Below, in pieces: positions 1 to 17,227 of a stretch of DNA of 41,593 nucleotides. A program made the translations under genes and the position numbers. The notes below the pieces were generated by a model, which had not been told where the DNA came from, did not search any database, and saw nothing but the letters and a program-made list of their open reading frames with translations. The DNA comes from Nitrospinaceae bacterium (GTDB lineage: Bacteria; Nitrospinota; Nitrospinia; Nitrospinales; VA-1), in assembly GCA_046754465.1 (NCBI GenBank), contig JBHHVU010000025.1, positions 1 through 41,593 on the forward strand, in the 5' to 3' direction. Positions within the stretch are counted from its first letter, which is position 1. Every line of letters begins with the position of its first letter.

Positions 1-3000
1 AAGGACCGTGAGGACAAGGGATTGGAAGAGGTGTTTCGGGATGTCTTCCCCATCGCCGATTTGAACATCAATGCCCGGATCGAATATATCGGTTACGAAG
101 TGGGTGTTTGGGAGTGTGGTTGCGGTGAATATAAGGAGTTGGGAGGTCCGGGGGTTGTCTGTGAAAGTTGCGGTCAGGAGGTTTCCTATAATGAAAAGCA
201 TAAACTCAGCGAATGCCGGCAAAAAGGCCTGACCTATGCCGATCCCGTAAAGCTCATGGTGCATCTCGTTCTTTTCGACCGGGAGCGGATCGATGTGACC
301 GGCCGGACCCTCAAGGGCCTTCTGGGGAAATATGTTGTCGAGGAGGTCAAGCATCCCCAGACGGGAAAAACTTTCATCCCCCCGCGAACGGAAATCACCC
401 AGGAAGTCCTGGATAAGCTCCAGCGTGAGAAAATTTCCCAGGTGACCGTCAATTCCGTCCGGGAGGTCAAGGAACAAAAGATTTTCCTTGGGGAGATGCC
501 CATGATGAGTTCCACCGGGACTTTCATGATCAATGGCGTGGAGCGGGTGATCGTGAGCCAGATGCACCGTTCCCCGGGGGCGTTTTTCTCCCATGACAAG
601 GGCAAATCCCATATCAGCGGGAAAATTCTCTATTCCGCCCGAATCATACCGGACCGGGGTTCCTGGGTGGATTTCGAGTTCGATATCAAGGATCTGCTAT
701 ATGTGAAAATCGACCGGCGGCGCAAACTTCCCGCCACGATCCTCCTGCAGGCATTTGGGATGAATAACAAGGAGATCCTGGAGACCTATTATCCGGTGGA
801 AAAGGTGAATTTTTCTTCCCGGGATTCCGCTTTTTACATGAGCGCCAAGAATCTGTTGATCGGATTCAAGGTTCAGGAAGATATCATCGACCCGAAGACG
901 GACGAGGTGGTTCTCAAGGCCCACAAGAAGGTGACCCCGACCGCCGCCAGGAAAATCGCCCGCATGTCGAGGTCCCCTAAAGTGGAAATCGACCCGGAAA
1001 GTCTGATCGGTCGGTTTCTGTTTGATGACATCATCCATCCCGATACCGGCGAAGTTGTTACCGAGTCCAATCAGGCGATTTCCGCCGGAACGCTGGAAGT
1101 CATCAAAGCCCATAACCTGCCGGAAATACGGATCCTTCATATCGATGAGGATTCGTCGGATACTTCCATCCGCGATACCCTGGCGGCGGGGAAGATCGAT
1201 ACCCAGGACGACGCCATTCGAGAAATATACAAACGCCTGCGTCCGGGAGACCCTCCGACCCCCGAAATCGCGAGGTCCTTGTTCCAGAACCTGTTTTCCA
1301 ATCCCAAGCGCTACAACCTGTCCGTCGTGGGGCGGATGAAGCTTAACGAAAAATTTGGGCTGGATATACCGATCGATCACCGTCTGCTGACCCTGGAAGA
1401 CCTGAAAGCGGTCATGAAATACATTGTGGACCTTAGAAACGGAATCGGTCAGATCGATGATATCGACCATTTGGGCAATCGGCGTGTCCGCGCCGTGGGG
1501 GAGTCCCTGGAAAACCAGTTCCGCGTTGGGCTGGTGCGGATGGAGCGGGCCATCATCGAGCGGATGTCCATTCAGGATCTGGAAGTTTCTATGCCGCACG
1601 ACCTGATCAACTCCAAACCCGTGACCGCGGCGATCAAGGAGTTTTTTGGGAGCAGTCAATTGTCCCAGTTCATGGACCAGACCAATCCGCTTTCCGAGGT
1701 CACCCACAAACGGCGGTTGAGCGCACTCGGGCCCGGCGGGCTGACCCGGGAACGGGCGGGATTCGAGGTTCGAGACGTTCACCCCACGCATTATGGGCGC
1801 ATCTGTCCCATCGAAACCCCGGAAGGACCCAACATTGGCCTGATCGCTTCGTTGAGCACGCATGCCCGCGTCAACGATTACGGATTTATCGAAACGCCGT
1901 ACCGGAAGGTGTCCAAGGGATTCGCCAAAAGTGAGATCGAGTTCCATACGGCCTTGAAAGAGGACAAGTACATCATTGCCCAGGCCAACGCGGAGCTGGA
2001 TAAAAACAACAAGTTCGTGAACCAGATCATTTCCGCCCGCAAGGGAGGCGATTTCATCCTGTCTCCCAGCGACAAAGTGGACTTCATGGATGTGTCCCCG
2101 AAACAGTTGATCAGCGTCGCGGCGTCGCTCATTCCCTTTCTGGAAAATGACGATGCCAACCGCGCCCTGATGGGCTCCAATATGCAGCGGCAGGCGGTCC
2201 CCCTGCTTCAGGCGGAGGCCCCGCTGGTCGGAACCGGAATGGAGGCCATCGTGGCTCACGATTCCGGCGCCGTCATCATTGCCGAAAATGATGGGGAAGT
2301 CATCAGCGCGGATGCGATGCGGATCGTCATTCGAACCGACGGTAATGGAAGCAGGAGTTCCAAACGAAAGCGGAACCGGCTCGTCAATTCGAATGTCGAT
2401 ATCTATACCCTGAACAAATACCAACGGTCCAACCAGAACACCTGTATCAACCAGAAACCCTTGGTGACTTCTGGAGTGAAGGTCAAGAAAGGTGATGTCA
2501 TCGCCGATGGACCCTCGACCGACCAGGGGGAACTGGCGCTTGGCCGAAACGTTCTGGTGGCTTTCATGCCCTGGGATGGTTACAACTTCGAGGACGCCAT
2601 CATCGTCAGCGAAAAGGTGGTCAAGGAGGATATTTACACCTCCATCCACATCGAGGAATTCGAAATCGAAGCGAGGGACACCAAACAGGGGAAAGAAGAA
2701 ATAACCCGCGATATTTCCAATGTTGGTGAAGACGCCCTCAAAAACCTCGATGACAGCGGAATCATCCGCATCGGCGCTAAGGTCAAACCCAACGATATCC
2801 TCGTGGGCAAGATCACGCCCAAGGGGGAAACCCAGTTGAGCCCGGAAGAAAAACTCCTCAAGGCCATTTTCGGGGAAAAAGCCGGGGATGTGCGCGACAC
2901 CTCCCTAAGGGTGCCGCCCGGTGTTCAGGGCACGGTGATCGACGTTAAAGTGTTTTCCAGAAAAGGAATCGATAAGGATTCCCGGGCTCTGTCCATTGAA

Positions 3001-4074
3001 GAAGAGGAAATTGACCGGGTCGAGAAAGATTTTAACGATGAAATCAAAATCGTTAAAACCGAAACCGAAAAACGCATCCGCCAAATGATGGCGGGCAAAC
3101 AGGTGACGAAATTGGTCACCCTGGGTAAGGCCAGTTTCAAAAAAGGGGAAACCCTGGATATCGAGAATATCCAGAAAATCGGGTTGAAGGACCTCCTCAA
3201 AATTCCGGTGAAGGGCGTGGACCCCGCCGAGTTGCAGCAACTGGAGGAAGATGGCAAGGACCAGGTCCATATTCTCAAAACCATGATGGAAGAGAAAGTC
3301 GCCCGTTTGAAAAAGGGCGATGACCTTTCGCCGGGTGTCATCAAACTGGTCAAGGTCTTTATGGCCATGAAACGCAAGCTCCAGGTGGGTGACAAGATGG
3401 CGGGCAGGCACGGCAACAAGGGAGTGGTCTCCAGAATCGTTCCCGAAGAGGATCTTCCCTTCATGGAAGACGGAAAGCCCATCGAGCTGATTTTGAATCC
3501 CTTGGGAGTTCCCTCGCGGATGAACGTGGGTCAGATACTTGAAACCAACCTGGGAATGGCCGCCAAGGCTACGGGGACCCATATGGCGACGCCCGTGTTC
3601 GACGGAGCCAAGGAAGAGGAAATCCGCCAATTCCTCGAGGAGGAAAACTGTTCGCCGACGGGAAAAGTCAACCTGTATGACGGCCGGACCGGTATTCGTT
3701 TCAGACAAAAGGTCATGGTCGGGTACATCTACATGTTGAAACTGCATCACTTGGTGGACGACAAAATCCATGCGCGGTCGACCGGACCTTATTCCCTGGT
3801 CACCCAGCAGCCCCTGGGGGGTAAAGCGCAGTTCGGGGGGCAGCGGCTCGGCGAAATGGAAGTCTGGGCGTTGGAAGCCTACGGCGCCGCTTACACCCTT
3901 CAGGAAATGCTGACGGTGAAATCCGATGATGTGGAAGGCCGCAAACGCATGTACGAGGCGATTGTCAAGGGGGATACCCATTTGAACCCCAGCTTGCCGG
4001 AATCCTTCAACGTGCTGGTCAAGGAACTGCAAAGCTTGGCCATCGACGTTGAATTGATCGAGTCCGGCAAATGA
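1..4074 (+). CDS. rpoB: DNA-directed RNA polymerase subunit beta (5'-partial; the frame is open from base 1)
   Basis: Conserved blocks [54 protein letters not shown] (Rif region), [13 protein letters not shown] and [25 protein letters not shown]. Frame 1 reads [12 protein letters not shown] with no stop, so the true start lies upstream of the window. Confidence 0.99.
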   Translation, partial: KDREDKGLEEVFRDVFPIADLNINARIEYIGYEVGVWECGCGEYKELGGPGVVCESCGQEVSYNEKHKLSECRQKGLTYADPVKLMVHLVLFDRERIDVTGRTLKGLLGKYVVEEVKHPQTGKTFIPPRTEITQEVLDKLQREKISQVTVNSVREVKEQKIFLGEMPMMSSTGTFMINGVERVIVSQMHRSPGAFFSHDKGKSHISGKILYSARIIPDRGSWVDFEFDIKDLLYVKIDRRRKLPATILLQAFGMNNKEILETYYPVEKVNFSSRDSAFYMSAKNLLIGFKVQEDIIDPKTDEVVLKAHKKVTPTAARKIARMSRSPKVEIDPESLIGRFLFDDIIHPDTGEVVTESNQAISAGTLEVIKAHNLPEIRILHIDEDSSDTSIRDTLAAGKIDTQDDAIREIYKRLRPGDPPTPEIARSLFQNLFSNPKRYNLSVVGRMKLNEKFGLDIPIDHRLLTLEDLKAVMKYIVDLRNGIGQIDDIDHLGNRRVRAVGESLENQFRVGLVRMERAIIERMSIQDLEVSMPHDLINSKPVTAAIKEFFGSSQLSQFMDQTNPLSEVTHKRRLSALGPGGLTRERAGFEVRDVHPTHYGRICPIETPEGPNIGLIASLSTHARVNDYGFIETPYRKVSKGFAKSEIEFHTALKEDKYIIAQANAELDKNNKFVNQIISARKGGDFILSPSDKVDFMDVSPKQLISVAASLIPFLENDDANRALMGSNMQRQAVPLLQAEAPLVGTGMEAIVAHDSGAVIIAENDGEVISADAMRIVIRTDGNGSRSSKRKRNRLVNSNVDIYTLNKYQRSNQNTCINQKPLVTSGVKVKKGDVIADGPSTDQGELALGRNVLVAFMPWDGYNFEDAIIVSEKVVKEDIYTSIHIEEFEIEARDTKQGKEEITRDISNVGEDALKNLDDSGIIRIGAKVKPNDILVGKITPKGETQLSPEEKLLKAIFGEKAGDVRDTSLRVPPGVQGTVIDVKVFSRKGIDKDSRALSIEEEEIDRVEKDFNDEIKIVKTETEKRIRQMMAGKQVTKLVTLGKASFKKGETLDIENIQKIGLKDLLKIPVKGVDPAELQQLEEDGKDQVHILKTMMEEKVARLKKGDDLSPGVIKLVKVFMAMKRKLQVGDKMAGRHGNKGVVSRIVPEEDLPFMEDGKPIELILNPLGVPSRMNVGQILETNLGMAAKATGTHMATPVFDGAKEEEIRQFLEEENCSPTGKVNLYDGRTGIRFRQKVMVGYIYMLKLHHLVDDKIHARSTGPYSLVTQQPLGGKAQFGGQRLGEMEVWALEAYGAAYTLQEMLTVKSDDVEGRKRMYEAIVKGDTHLNPSLPESFNVLVKELQSLAIDVELIESGK

Positions 4075-4147
4075 CAGGCACAAGAAATTTATTCCCTCCG
4101 GGGAATTCACGGAAATTTATCAATCCTTACTTAAGGAGATAAACCAG

Positions 4148-8233
<4,086 letters not shown>

Positions 8234-8256
8234 ACCCTTTAAGGAGCGTATTTTAC

Positions 8257-8285
8257 TTGACTCGGGTAGAAAGAGTGGATAAAAT
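8257..8285 (+). promoter_or_regulatory. sigma70-type promoter of the str operon
   Basis: TTGACT-17 nt-TAAAAT in the rpoC-rpsL intergenic region, a near-consensus match in both boxes and spacing. Confidence 0.75.
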
Positions 8286-8403
8286 TACAAACTTTTCACG
8301 CCGCTTAAAAAAAATACAAACATTTGATTTTATTGACCCATTTCTGTGGTGGCCGAGCGCGGTGTTGGCGGATTCCGCCAAGAACCATTAGGGAGAGAGA
8401 GCA

Positions 8404-8784
8404 TTGCCCACAATCAACCAGTTGGTAAAGTCCGGCAGGATGAAACCGGTCAAGAAGACGGCCAGTCCGGCCTTGAAATCCTGTCCCCAGAAACGGGGGG
8501 TGTGCGTGAGGGTTTATACCTCAACGCCCAAGAAGCCGAATTCGGCCTTAAGAAAAGTGGCGCGGGTTCGTTTGACCAACGGGATGGAGGTGACCACCTA
8601 TATTCCCGGAATCGGGCACAACCTTCAGGAGCATTCCATTGTGATGATCCGCGGAGGACGCGTGAAAGACCTTCCCGGGGTCCGCTACCACGTGGTCCGC
8701 GGCTGCCTGGATACGCTGGGTGTGGAAAACCGCATGCAGAGCCGGTCCAAGTATGGGGCCAAACGGCCCAAGGCATCCTCTTGA
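8404..8784 (+). CDS. rpsL: 30S ribosomal protein uS12
   Basis: [25 protein letters not shown] and [13 protein letters not shown] motifs; TTG start. Confidence 0.99.
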   Translation: MPTINQLVKSGRMKPVKKTASPALKSCPQKRGVCVRVYTSTPKKPNSALRKVARVRLTNGMEVTTYIPGIGHNLQEHSIVMIRGGRVKDLPGVRYHVVRGCLDTLGVENRMQSRSKYGAKRPKASS

Positions 8785-8810
8785 TTTAACGGATTTCAGA
8801 AAAAACAATC

Positions 8811-9281
8811 ATGGCGAGAAGACGAGAAGCTCAAAAAAGAACGATCACTCCCGATCCCAAGTACAACGATGTGCTGGTGGGACGGTTCATCAACAATATT
8901 CTTCGAAAAGGGAAGAAGAGTCTGGCGGAGCGGATATTTTATTCGGCGCTGGATACGGTCGGCAAACGGGCCAAGGAAGACCCGCTCAAGGTGTTCCGGA
9001 AAGCCGTGGACAACGCCTCTCCCCTGCTGGAAGTGAGGTCCCGAAGGGTGGGCGGCGCCACGTACCAGGTGCCCGTGGAGGTCAAGGAAAACCGCCGGGT
9101 AGCACTGGGCATCCGGTGGTTGGTCCAGAATGCCAAGGGGCGGGCCGGGAAAACCATGGCCGAAAAGCTGACGGGAGAAATTTTGGACGCCTACAACAAC
9201 ATCGGCGGCGCCATCAAGAAAAAAGAAGAAGTCCACCGGATGGCCGAGGCCAATAAGGCTTTCGCGCATTACAGGTGGTAG
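8811..9281 (+). CDS. rpsG: 30S ribosomal protein uS7
   Basis: [18 protein letters not shown] and [15 protein letters not shown] motifs. Confidence 0.99.
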   Translation: MARRREAQKRTITPDPKYNDVLVGRFINNILRKGKKSLAERIFYSALDTVGKRAKEDPLKVFRKAVDNASPLLEVRSRRVGGATYQVPVEVKENRRVALGIRWLVQNAKGRAGKTMAEKLTGEILDAYNNIGGAIKKKEEVHRMAEANKAFAHYRW

Positions 9282-9303
9282 CGTAAGAGATAAGACGGAA
9301 ACC

Positions 9304-11403
<2,100 letters not shown>

Positions 11404-11443
11404 CAAAAACTAACCGATGAAACACAATTTGGAGTAGACCAGT

Positions 11444-12634
11444 ATGGCAAAAGAAAAATTTGTCCGGGATAAACCTCATTTGAATGTTGGAACCATTGGG
11501 CATGTGGATCATGGAAAAACAACCTTGACGGCGGCCATCACCGAAGTGTTGTCCAAAAAAGGACTGGCGGATTATGTTTCGTTCGACCAGATCGACAAGG
11601 CCCCGGAGGAGAAGGATCGAGGGATCACCATCGCCATCGCGCACGTGGAATACAAGACCGAAAAAAGGCATTTTGCGCACGTCGATTGTCCGGGCCACGC
11701 CGACTATGTCAAGAACATGATTACCGGAGCCGCCCAAATGGATGGCGCTATACTGGTCCTGAGCGCCTCCGACGGTCCGATGCCCCAGACTCGGGAGCAT
11801 ATTCTTCTCGCCCGCCAAGTCGGGGTCCCCAAGATCATCGTGTTCATGAACAAGGTGGACATGGTCGACGATCCGGAGCTGCTGGACCTGGTCGAACTGG
11901 AGGTTCGCGAACTGCTGGACAAATATGAATTCCCCGGAGACGAGATTCCCGTGATCCGGGGCAGTGCCCTGCGGGCGTTGGAAAATCCGGAAGATGAGGA
12001 AAAAACCAAGTGCATCTGGGAATTGATGGAGGCCCTGGATACTTATTTCCCCATTCCCGATCGTCCGGTGGACAAGCCGTTCCTGATGCCCATCGAGGAT
12101 ATTTTCAGCATTTCCGGGCGCGGCACCGTTGCCACCGGCCGAATCGAAACCGGCATCATCAAGGTTGGCGAGGAGGTGGAGATCGTCGGATTTCGTCCCA
12201 CCACCAAAACTGTGGCCACGGGAGTGGAAATGTTCCGGAAACTGCTCGACGAGGGGCAGGCCGGAGACAACGTGGGTATTCTCTTGCGCGGCACCAAGCG
12301 GGACGACATCGAGCGCGGACAGGTTCTGGCCAAGCCGGGCACCATCACGCCGCATACCAAGTTCAAGGCCGAGGTGTATGTTCTCACCAAGGATGAAGGC
12401 GGACGCCACACCCCGTTTTTCAACGGGTACCGGCCGCAGTTTTATTTTCGGACCACTGATGTGACGGGGATAGCCACCCTGCCCTCCGGGGTGGAGATGG
12501 TGATGCCTGGAGACAGTGTTTCTCTTGAAATAACATTGATCACCCCCGTTGCCATGGCCGAGGGCCTCCGGTTCGCCATCCGCGAAGGTGGCCGCACCGT
12601 AGGCGCGGGAGTCGTGAATGCAATTCTGGAATAA
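11444..12634 (+). CDS. tuf: Elongation factor Tu
   Basis: [30 protein letters not shown] and [10 protein letters not shown] motifs. Confidence 0.99.
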   Translation: MAKEKFVRDKPHLNVGTIGHVDHGKTTLTAAITEVLSKKGLADYVSFDQIDKAPEEKDRGITIAIAHVEYKTEKRHFAHVDCPGHADYVKNMITGAAQMDGAILVLSASDGPMPQTREHILLARQVGVPKIIVFMNKVDMVDDPELLDLVELEVRELLDKYEFPGDEIPVIRGSALRALENPEDEEKTKCIWELMEALDTYFPIPDRPVDKPFLMPIEDIFSISGRGTVATGRIETGIIKVGEEVEIVGFRPTTKTVATGVEMFRKLLDEGQAGDNVGILLRGTKRDDIERGQVLAKPGTITPHTKFKAEVYVLTKDEGGRHTPFFNGYRPQFYFRTTDVTGIATLPSGVEMVMPGDSVSLEITLITPVAMAEGLRFAIREGGRTVGAGVVNAILE

Positions 12635-12942
12635 TGAACGATCAAAAAATTAAAATTAAACTCAAGGCTTACGATCATAAACTGCTCGACTGGTCAGTAG
12701 GCGAGATCGTCGAAACCACACGGCGCACTGGCGCCAAGGTGGTCGGTCCCATCCCCCTTCCCACCGTGAAGAATAAATGGACCGTTTTGCGTTCTCCCCA
12801 TGTCGATAAAAAATCGAGGGAGCAGTTTGAGATTCGGACGCACAAACGTATTCTTGAAATTCTGGAACCCACCCCCCAGACCGTGGACGCGCTGATGAAG
12901 CTCGACCTGTCCGGTGGCGTGGATATAGAGATTAAACTCTGA
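12634..12942 (+). CDS. rpsJ: 30S ribosomal protein uS10
   Basis: GPIPLPT...[22 protein letters not shown]; start overlaps the tuf stop (TAATG). Confidence 0.99.
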   Translation: MNDQKIKIKLKAYDHKLLDWSVGEIVETTRRTGAKVVGPIPLPTVKNKWTVLRSPHVDKKSREQFEIRTHKRILEILEPTPQTVDALMKLDLSGGVDIEIKL

Positions 12943-12970
12943 TCCCCGCCGGGGGATCCGTTTTGTTTTT
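12941..12970 (+). terminator. Intrinsic-terminator-like hairpin between rpsJ and rplC
   Basis: GATCCCC-gccg-GGGGATC 7-bp stem followed by cgTTTTGTTTTT. Confidence 0.5.
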
Positions 12971-12982
12971 CAGGTTTTGACG

Positions 12983-13612
12983 ATGGACGGTTTATTGGGA
13001 AAAAAAATTGGGATGACCCAGGTCTTCTCCAAGGACGGCGCCTGTATCCCCGTTACGGTGGTGCAGGTGGAGCGGTGCGTGCCCATTCTCAAGCGTACCC
13101 GCGAGAAAAATGGTTACGAGGCTGTGCTGGTCGCCTATGGCGAACGAAAACCTAAACACACCAACAAGCCCCTCAAGGGATTTTACGATCATCTCAAAGT
13201 TGCGCCCGCGAAAATGCTGACCGAATTCCGCGATCAGGCTCTTAATGATGAAGATCTCGGCAAACCATTGGGAGTCGATATTTTTGGCGAGGGAGACCGC
13301 ATCCACGTGATCGGAATATCCAAGGGACGGGGATTCGCCGGTGTCATGAAACGGCACGGATTTCATGGAGCCCCAGGTTCCCGGGGCACCCACGAGTCTT
13401 TCCGCGGCGGCGGCTCGGTGGGCATGCACACCTATCCCGGCCGTGTGTTGAAGGGAAAAAGCATGCCTGGGCGGATGGGCGGCAAAAAAATCCATGTCAA
13501 GAACCTGAAGATCGTCCGCGTCGACAGCGAGAATAATGTTCTGTTGATCCAGGGTGCGGTGCCCGGAGCGAACGGACGAGTGGTCCGAATCATAAAAGCC
13601 AGGAGTGCTTGA
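12983..13612 (+). CDS. rplC: 50S ribosomal protein uL3
   Basis: [25 protein letters not shown] and [15 protein letters not shown] motifs. ATG 12983 preferred over TTG 12977 on spacing from AGGT. Confidence 0.98.
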   Translation: MDGLLGKKIGMTQVFSKDGACIPVTVVQVERCVPILKRTREKNGYEAVLVAYGERKPKHTNKPLKGFYDHLKVAPAKMLTEFRDQALNDEDLGKPLGVDIFGEGDRIHVIGISKGRGFAGVMKRHGFHGAPGSRGTHESFRGGGSVGMHTYPGRVLKGKSMPGRMGGKKIHVKNLKIVRVDSENNVLLIQGAVPGANGRVVRIIKARSA

Positions 13613-13616
13613 AACA

Positions 13617-14243
13617 ATGCCGGAATTGGATTTGCTGGACCGAAACAATAAGAAGGTGGGAACTGTCGAGGCCTCATCAGCCGTTTTCGAGGCGGAGGTG
13701 AAAGAACATCTGGTGCAGAGTTATGTGGCCCTGCAACTGGCTTCCCGGCGACGCGGAACTGCGTGCACCAAGAGCGCCAAGGGCGACCTGCACGGTAGCG
13801 GAAAAAAGCCCTGGCGGCAAAAAGGGACCGGACGCGCCCGCGCCGGCAATACCCGGTCCCCCATCTGGCGGGGTGGAATGACCGTGTTCGGCCCGACCCC
13901 CAGGGACTATCGGTTCAAAATGTCCAAAAAGGCAAAAAAATCCGCCCTGAAATCAGTCCTCACCGACCGGATGCAAAATCAGTTGATCGCCGTCGTCGAT
14001 AAATTGTCGCTGGAACAACCCAAAACCCGGGAAGGGGTGAAGCTTTTAAAGGACCTGGATTTGCCGGAAAAAACGCTTTTCCTCGTCTCCGGGAAAAATG
14101 GCAATCTTGATCTGGGAATGCGTAATATCCCCGGTGTGGATGTTCTCCAGGTGGACGGATTGAATGTTTTTGATCTCCTGGTTCACGATAAAATCGTTTG
14201 CACCCCGGAAGCCCTTAAAAAAATTGAGGAGCGATTGGCTTGA
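13617..14243 (+). CDS. rplD: 50S ribosomal protein uL4
   Basis: GSGKKPWRQKGTGRARAG...SPIWRGG...FGPTPR motif; ATG 13617 follows AGGAG. Confidence 0.98.
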   Translation: MPELDLLDRNNKKVGTVEASSAVFEAEVKEHLVQSYVALQLASRRRGTACTKSAKGDLHGSGKKPWRQKGTGRARAGNTRSPIWRGGMTVFGPTPRDYRFKMSKKAKKSALKSVLTDRMQNQLIAVVDKLSLEQPKTREGVKLLKDLDLPEKTLFLVSGKNGNLDLGMRNIPGVDVLQVDGLNVFDLLVHDKIVCTPEALKKIEERLA

Positions 14244-14530
14244 TGGATGCCCACCGAATCATCGAAAAACCGTTGGTGACCGAAAAGACCACCGAAATGC
14301 AGCAAGATGGCAACTGGGTTTCTTTTCGCGTGCACATCCATGCCAATAAGATTCAGATCCGGCGGGCGGTGGAAAACATTTTTAGCGTCAAGGTCCTGCA
14401 GGTGAATACCGGCGTCGTACGGGGCAAGCGCCGAAGGTTCGGTAAAGCCATGGGGCAGACGAAAAATTGGAAAAAAGCCATGGTGCGTTTGAAAGAGGGT
14501 GACAAAATCGAGATGTTTGAAGGAGTTTAG
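14243..14530 (+). CDS. rplW: 50S ribosomal protein uL23
   Basis: [17 protein letters not shown] and WKKAMVRL motifs. Confidence 0.98.
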   Translation: MDAHRIIEKPLVTEKTTEMQQDGNWVSFRVHIHANKIQIRRAVENIFSVKVLQVNTGVVRGKRRRFGKAMGQTKNWKKAMVRLKEGDKIEMFEGV

Positions 14531-14535
14531 GGGTT

Positions 14536-15366
14536 ATGGCAATAAGGAAATTAAATCCCCGGTCCGCCGGGACCCGGTTTCAAACGATATCGGAATTCGA
14601 GGAGATCACCAAAACCACTCCGGAAAAATCTCTTCTGGTTTCCCTGTCCCGAAAAGGAGGCAGGAACAACCGTGGCCGGCTGACCTCGCCGAGGCGGGGA
14701 GGCGGTCACCGGAAATTGTATCGGCGCATCGATTTCAAACGGAATAAAGACGGTATCGATGCGCGGGTGGCGGGGATCGAATATGATCCCAACCGGTCGG
14801 CGAACATCGCTTTATTGATCTACACCGACGGGGAGAAGCGTTATATCCTTGCCCCCACTAAACTCGCGGTGGGCGACCGGGTTGCTTCCGGACGGGACGC
14901 GGAGATCAAGGTCGGCAACTGCCTGCCGCTGGAGAATATTCCCGAAGGCACTTTGGTGCATAACGTGGAGCTCCGGCCCGGCAAGGGGGGGCAAATCGCC
15001 CGGAGCGCCGGCAATTCCGCCCAGCTGATGGCGAAGGAAGGCAAGCGCGCGACCCTCAAGCTTTCATCCGGGGAAGTGCGCCTGGTGGAAGCCAAATGCC
15101 GGGCTACGGTCGGAACCGTGGGGAATGCCGACTATGAAAATATATCCTTGGGCAAGGCCGGGAGAAGCCGGTGGATGGGATGGCGGCCCCGGGTGCGCGC
15201 GGTGGCGATGAATCCGGTGGATCACCCCATGGGGGGAGGCGAGGGCAGGTCCTCCGGCGGCCGGCACCCATGCAGCCCCTGGGGGCAGATCGCCAAGGGA
15301 TTGAAAACAAGAAAAGTCAGGAAAAAATCGGGAAAGTACATTCTCAGTAAACGCAAGAGGAAATAA
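14536..15366 (+). CDS. rplB: 50S ribosomal protein uL2
   Basis: [13 protein letters not shown] and [14 protein letters not shown] motifs. Confidence 0.99.
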   Translation: MAIRKLNPRSAGTRFQTISEFEEITKTTPEKSLLVSLSRKGGRNNRGRLTSPRRGGGHRKLYRRIDFKRNKDGIDARVAGIEYDPNRSANIALLIYTDGEKRYILAPTKLAVGDRVASGRDAEIKVGNCLPLENIPEGTLVHNVELRPGKGGQIARSAGNSAQLMAKEGKRATLKLSSGEVRLVEAKCRATVGTVGNADYENISLGKAGRSRWMGWRPRVRAVAMNPVDHPMGGGEGRSSGGRHPCSPWGQIAKGLKTRKVRKKSGKYILSKRKRK

Positions 15367-15392
15367 AACCGTATCATCGATTTGAGGAAATT

Positions 15393-15674
15393 ATGGCGCG
15401 CTCATTGAAAAAAGGTCCGTTCGTTGATCAGTCGTTGATCAAGAAAGTCGAGACCATGAATCGTCAAAATGATAAGAAGATCATTAAAACCTGGTCGCGC
15501 CGGTCTACGGTCACTCCCGATTTCGTGGGGCATACCATGGCGATTCATAATGGAAAAAAATTTATTCCCGTGTTCATTACCGAGAACATGGTGGGCCACA
15601 AGTTGGGGGAATTTTCACCCACCCGCACGTTCCGGTCCCATGGCGGCAAGACCAAAAAGGCCGCGACGAAATAA
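15393..15674 (+). CDS. rpsS: 30S ribosomal protein uS19
   Basis: [10 protein letters not shown] and [13 protein letters not shown] motifs. Confidence 0.99.
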   Translation: MARSLKKGPFVDQSLIKKVETMNRQNDKKIIKTWSRRSTVTPDFVGHTMAIHNGKKFIPVFITENMVGHKLGEFSPTRTFRSHGGKTKKAATK

Positions 15675-15697
15675 ATCTTAAATGCGATTGATGGATT

Positions 15698-16048
15698 ATG
15701 GAAGTTAAAGCGATACTCAGGCACACGCGCACCGCTCCCCGGAAAGCCCGGCTGGTCGCGGGGTTGATCCGAGGCAAAAATGTGAATGAGGCCATGAATA
15801 TTCTGACCTTCACGCACAAGCGGGTGGCCCAGGCGTTCCAGAAGCTTTTGAAATCGGCCATCGCCAATGCCGAGGAAAATCACAAGGTGCTGGATGTCGA
15901 CGACCTGTTTGTCAAGAATATCTGCGTGGACGAGGGGGTGACGTGGAAAAGAAACATGCCGCGGGCCCGCGGAATGGCCACCATGATACGCAAGCGGACC
16001 AGCCACATCACCCTGGTGCTGGACGAAAAACAAATTCCGGAGAAATAA
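15698..16048 (+). CDS. rplV: 50S ribosomal protein uL22
   Basis: [19 protein letters not shown] and PRARG...KRTSHIT motifs. Confidence 0.99.
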   Translation: MEVKAILRHTRTAPRKARLVAGLIRGKNVNEAMNILTFTHKRVAQAFQKLLKSAIANAEENHKVLDVDDLFVKNICVDEGVTWKRNMPRARGMATMIRKRTSHITLVLDEKQIPEK

Positions 16049-16049
16049 C

Positions 16050-16733
16050 ATGGGTCAAAAAGTACATCCTTACGGGTTTCGGCTGGGCTATAACAAGACC
16101 TGGACCTCCAATTGGTATGCCCGGAAGGACTACGGCAAGTTTCTGGTGGAAGACATCTCCCTCCGGAAACATATAACCGAATCGCTAGCTCATGCGGGTA
16201 TATCCAAGGTGGAGATTGAACGCTCCGCCAATCGGGTTCGGATCAATATCCACACCGCGCGGCCCGGGATCATCATTGGGAAAAAAGGTCTCGAGGTCGA
16301 CAGGCTCAAGGAAGAACTCCAGAAGATGATGGCCGGGAAACAGGTCAACCTCAATATTAAAGAGGTGCGGCGGGGTGAACTGGATTCGGTGCTCATCGCC
16401 CAGAACATCGCCCTGCAGCTGGAGAAAAGGGTGTCGTTCCGCAGAGCGATGAAGAAAAGCGTCATCTCCGCCCTTCGCTTCGGCGCCAAGGGAATCAAGA
16501 TCCGGGTGTCGGGCAGGCTGGGCGGGGCGGAAATCGCGCGTAGCGAGTGGTACCGCCAGGGCCGGGTTCCCCTGCATACGCTGCGGGCGGATATCGATTA
16601 TGGGACCGCGTCCTCCAAAACCACCTTCGGCATCATCGGGGTCAAGGTGTGGGTGTACCGGGGGGATATCCTTCCCGATAAGGGAGCGGCGGCGCCTTTG
16701 CGAATGCAGGGGGGCAGGGCGGGAAAATCCTGA
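16050..16733 (+). CDS. rpsC: 30S ribosomal protein uS3
   Basis: [15 protein letters not shown]-domain [10 protein letters not shown] and [14 protein letters not shown] motifs. Confidence 0.99.
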   Translation: MGQKVHPYGFRLGYNKTWTSNWYARKDYGKFLVEDISLRKHITESLAHAGISKVEIERSANRVRINIHTARPGIIIGKKGLEVDRLKEELQKMMAGKQVNLNIKEVRRGELDSVLIAQNIALQLEKRVSFRRAMKKSVISALRFGAKGIKIRVSGRLGGAEIARSEWYRQGRVPLHTLRADIDYGTASSKTTFGIIGVKVWVYRGDILPDKGAAAPLRMQGGRAGKS

Positions 16734-16739
16734 TGGGTG

Positions 16740-16785
16740 CGGGGCAAAACCCCGGGGTCTGACTCCGTGATAGGGGTTGCCCCCG
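16740..16785. repeat. Nested GC-rich inverted repeat in the enlarged rpsC-rplP spacer
   Basis: Outer arms GGGGCAA(AA)CCCC / GGGGTTGCCCC enclose an inner GGGGTCTGACTCC hairpin. Confidence 0.5.
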
Positions 16786-16822
16786 TTTTAGGAAAGTTTT
16801 TTGAGATAGGAGGAACGGCATC

Positions 16823-17227
16823 ATGCTGATGCCCAAAAAAGTCAAATACCGCAAGCGTCAGAAAGGGCGGATGCGGGGCACGGCCTACCGGGGCGGGAGC
16901 TTGAGTTTTGGGTCCTTCGGGTTGCAGGCCACCGAATGCGGGCGGATCACCAACCGCCAGATCGAGGCCGCCCGAATCGCCATGACCCGTCACGTAAAAC
17001 GCGGGGGAAAGATCTGGCTGCGGATTTTTCCGGATAAACCCATTTCTAAAAAACCCGCGGAAACGCGGATGGGAAAGGGAAAAGGAAACCCCGAATCCTG
17101 GATTACCGTAATCAAGCCGGGACGCGTTCTTTACGAAATGGAGGGAGTTCCGGAACCCGTGGCCCAGGAAGCGTTTCGCCTGGCGGCTCATAAGTTGCCC
17201 TTGGCGACCCGATTTATCACCAAATAA
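16823..17227 (+). CDS. rplP: 50S ribosomal protein uL16
   Basis: RQIEAARIA and [12 protein letters not shown] motifs; AGGAGG Shine-Dalgarno. Confidence 0.99.
   Translation: MLMPKKVKYRKRQKGRMRGTAYRGGSLSFGSFGLQATECGRITNRQIEAARIAMTRHVKRGGKIWLRIFPDKPISKKPAETRMGKGKGNPESWITVIKPGRVLYEMEGVPEPVAQEAFRLAAHKLPLATRFITK

Noticed and set aside
1640..1745. Rifampicin-resistance substitutions in RpoB cluster I
   Set aside because: [26 protein letters not shown] keeps the sensitive-type Q, D, H, R and S residues.
8346..8789. 147-aa + strand ORF overlapping rpsL in another frame
   Set aside because: Alternative-frame overlap with a highly conserved gene; no Shine-Dalgarno or motif support.
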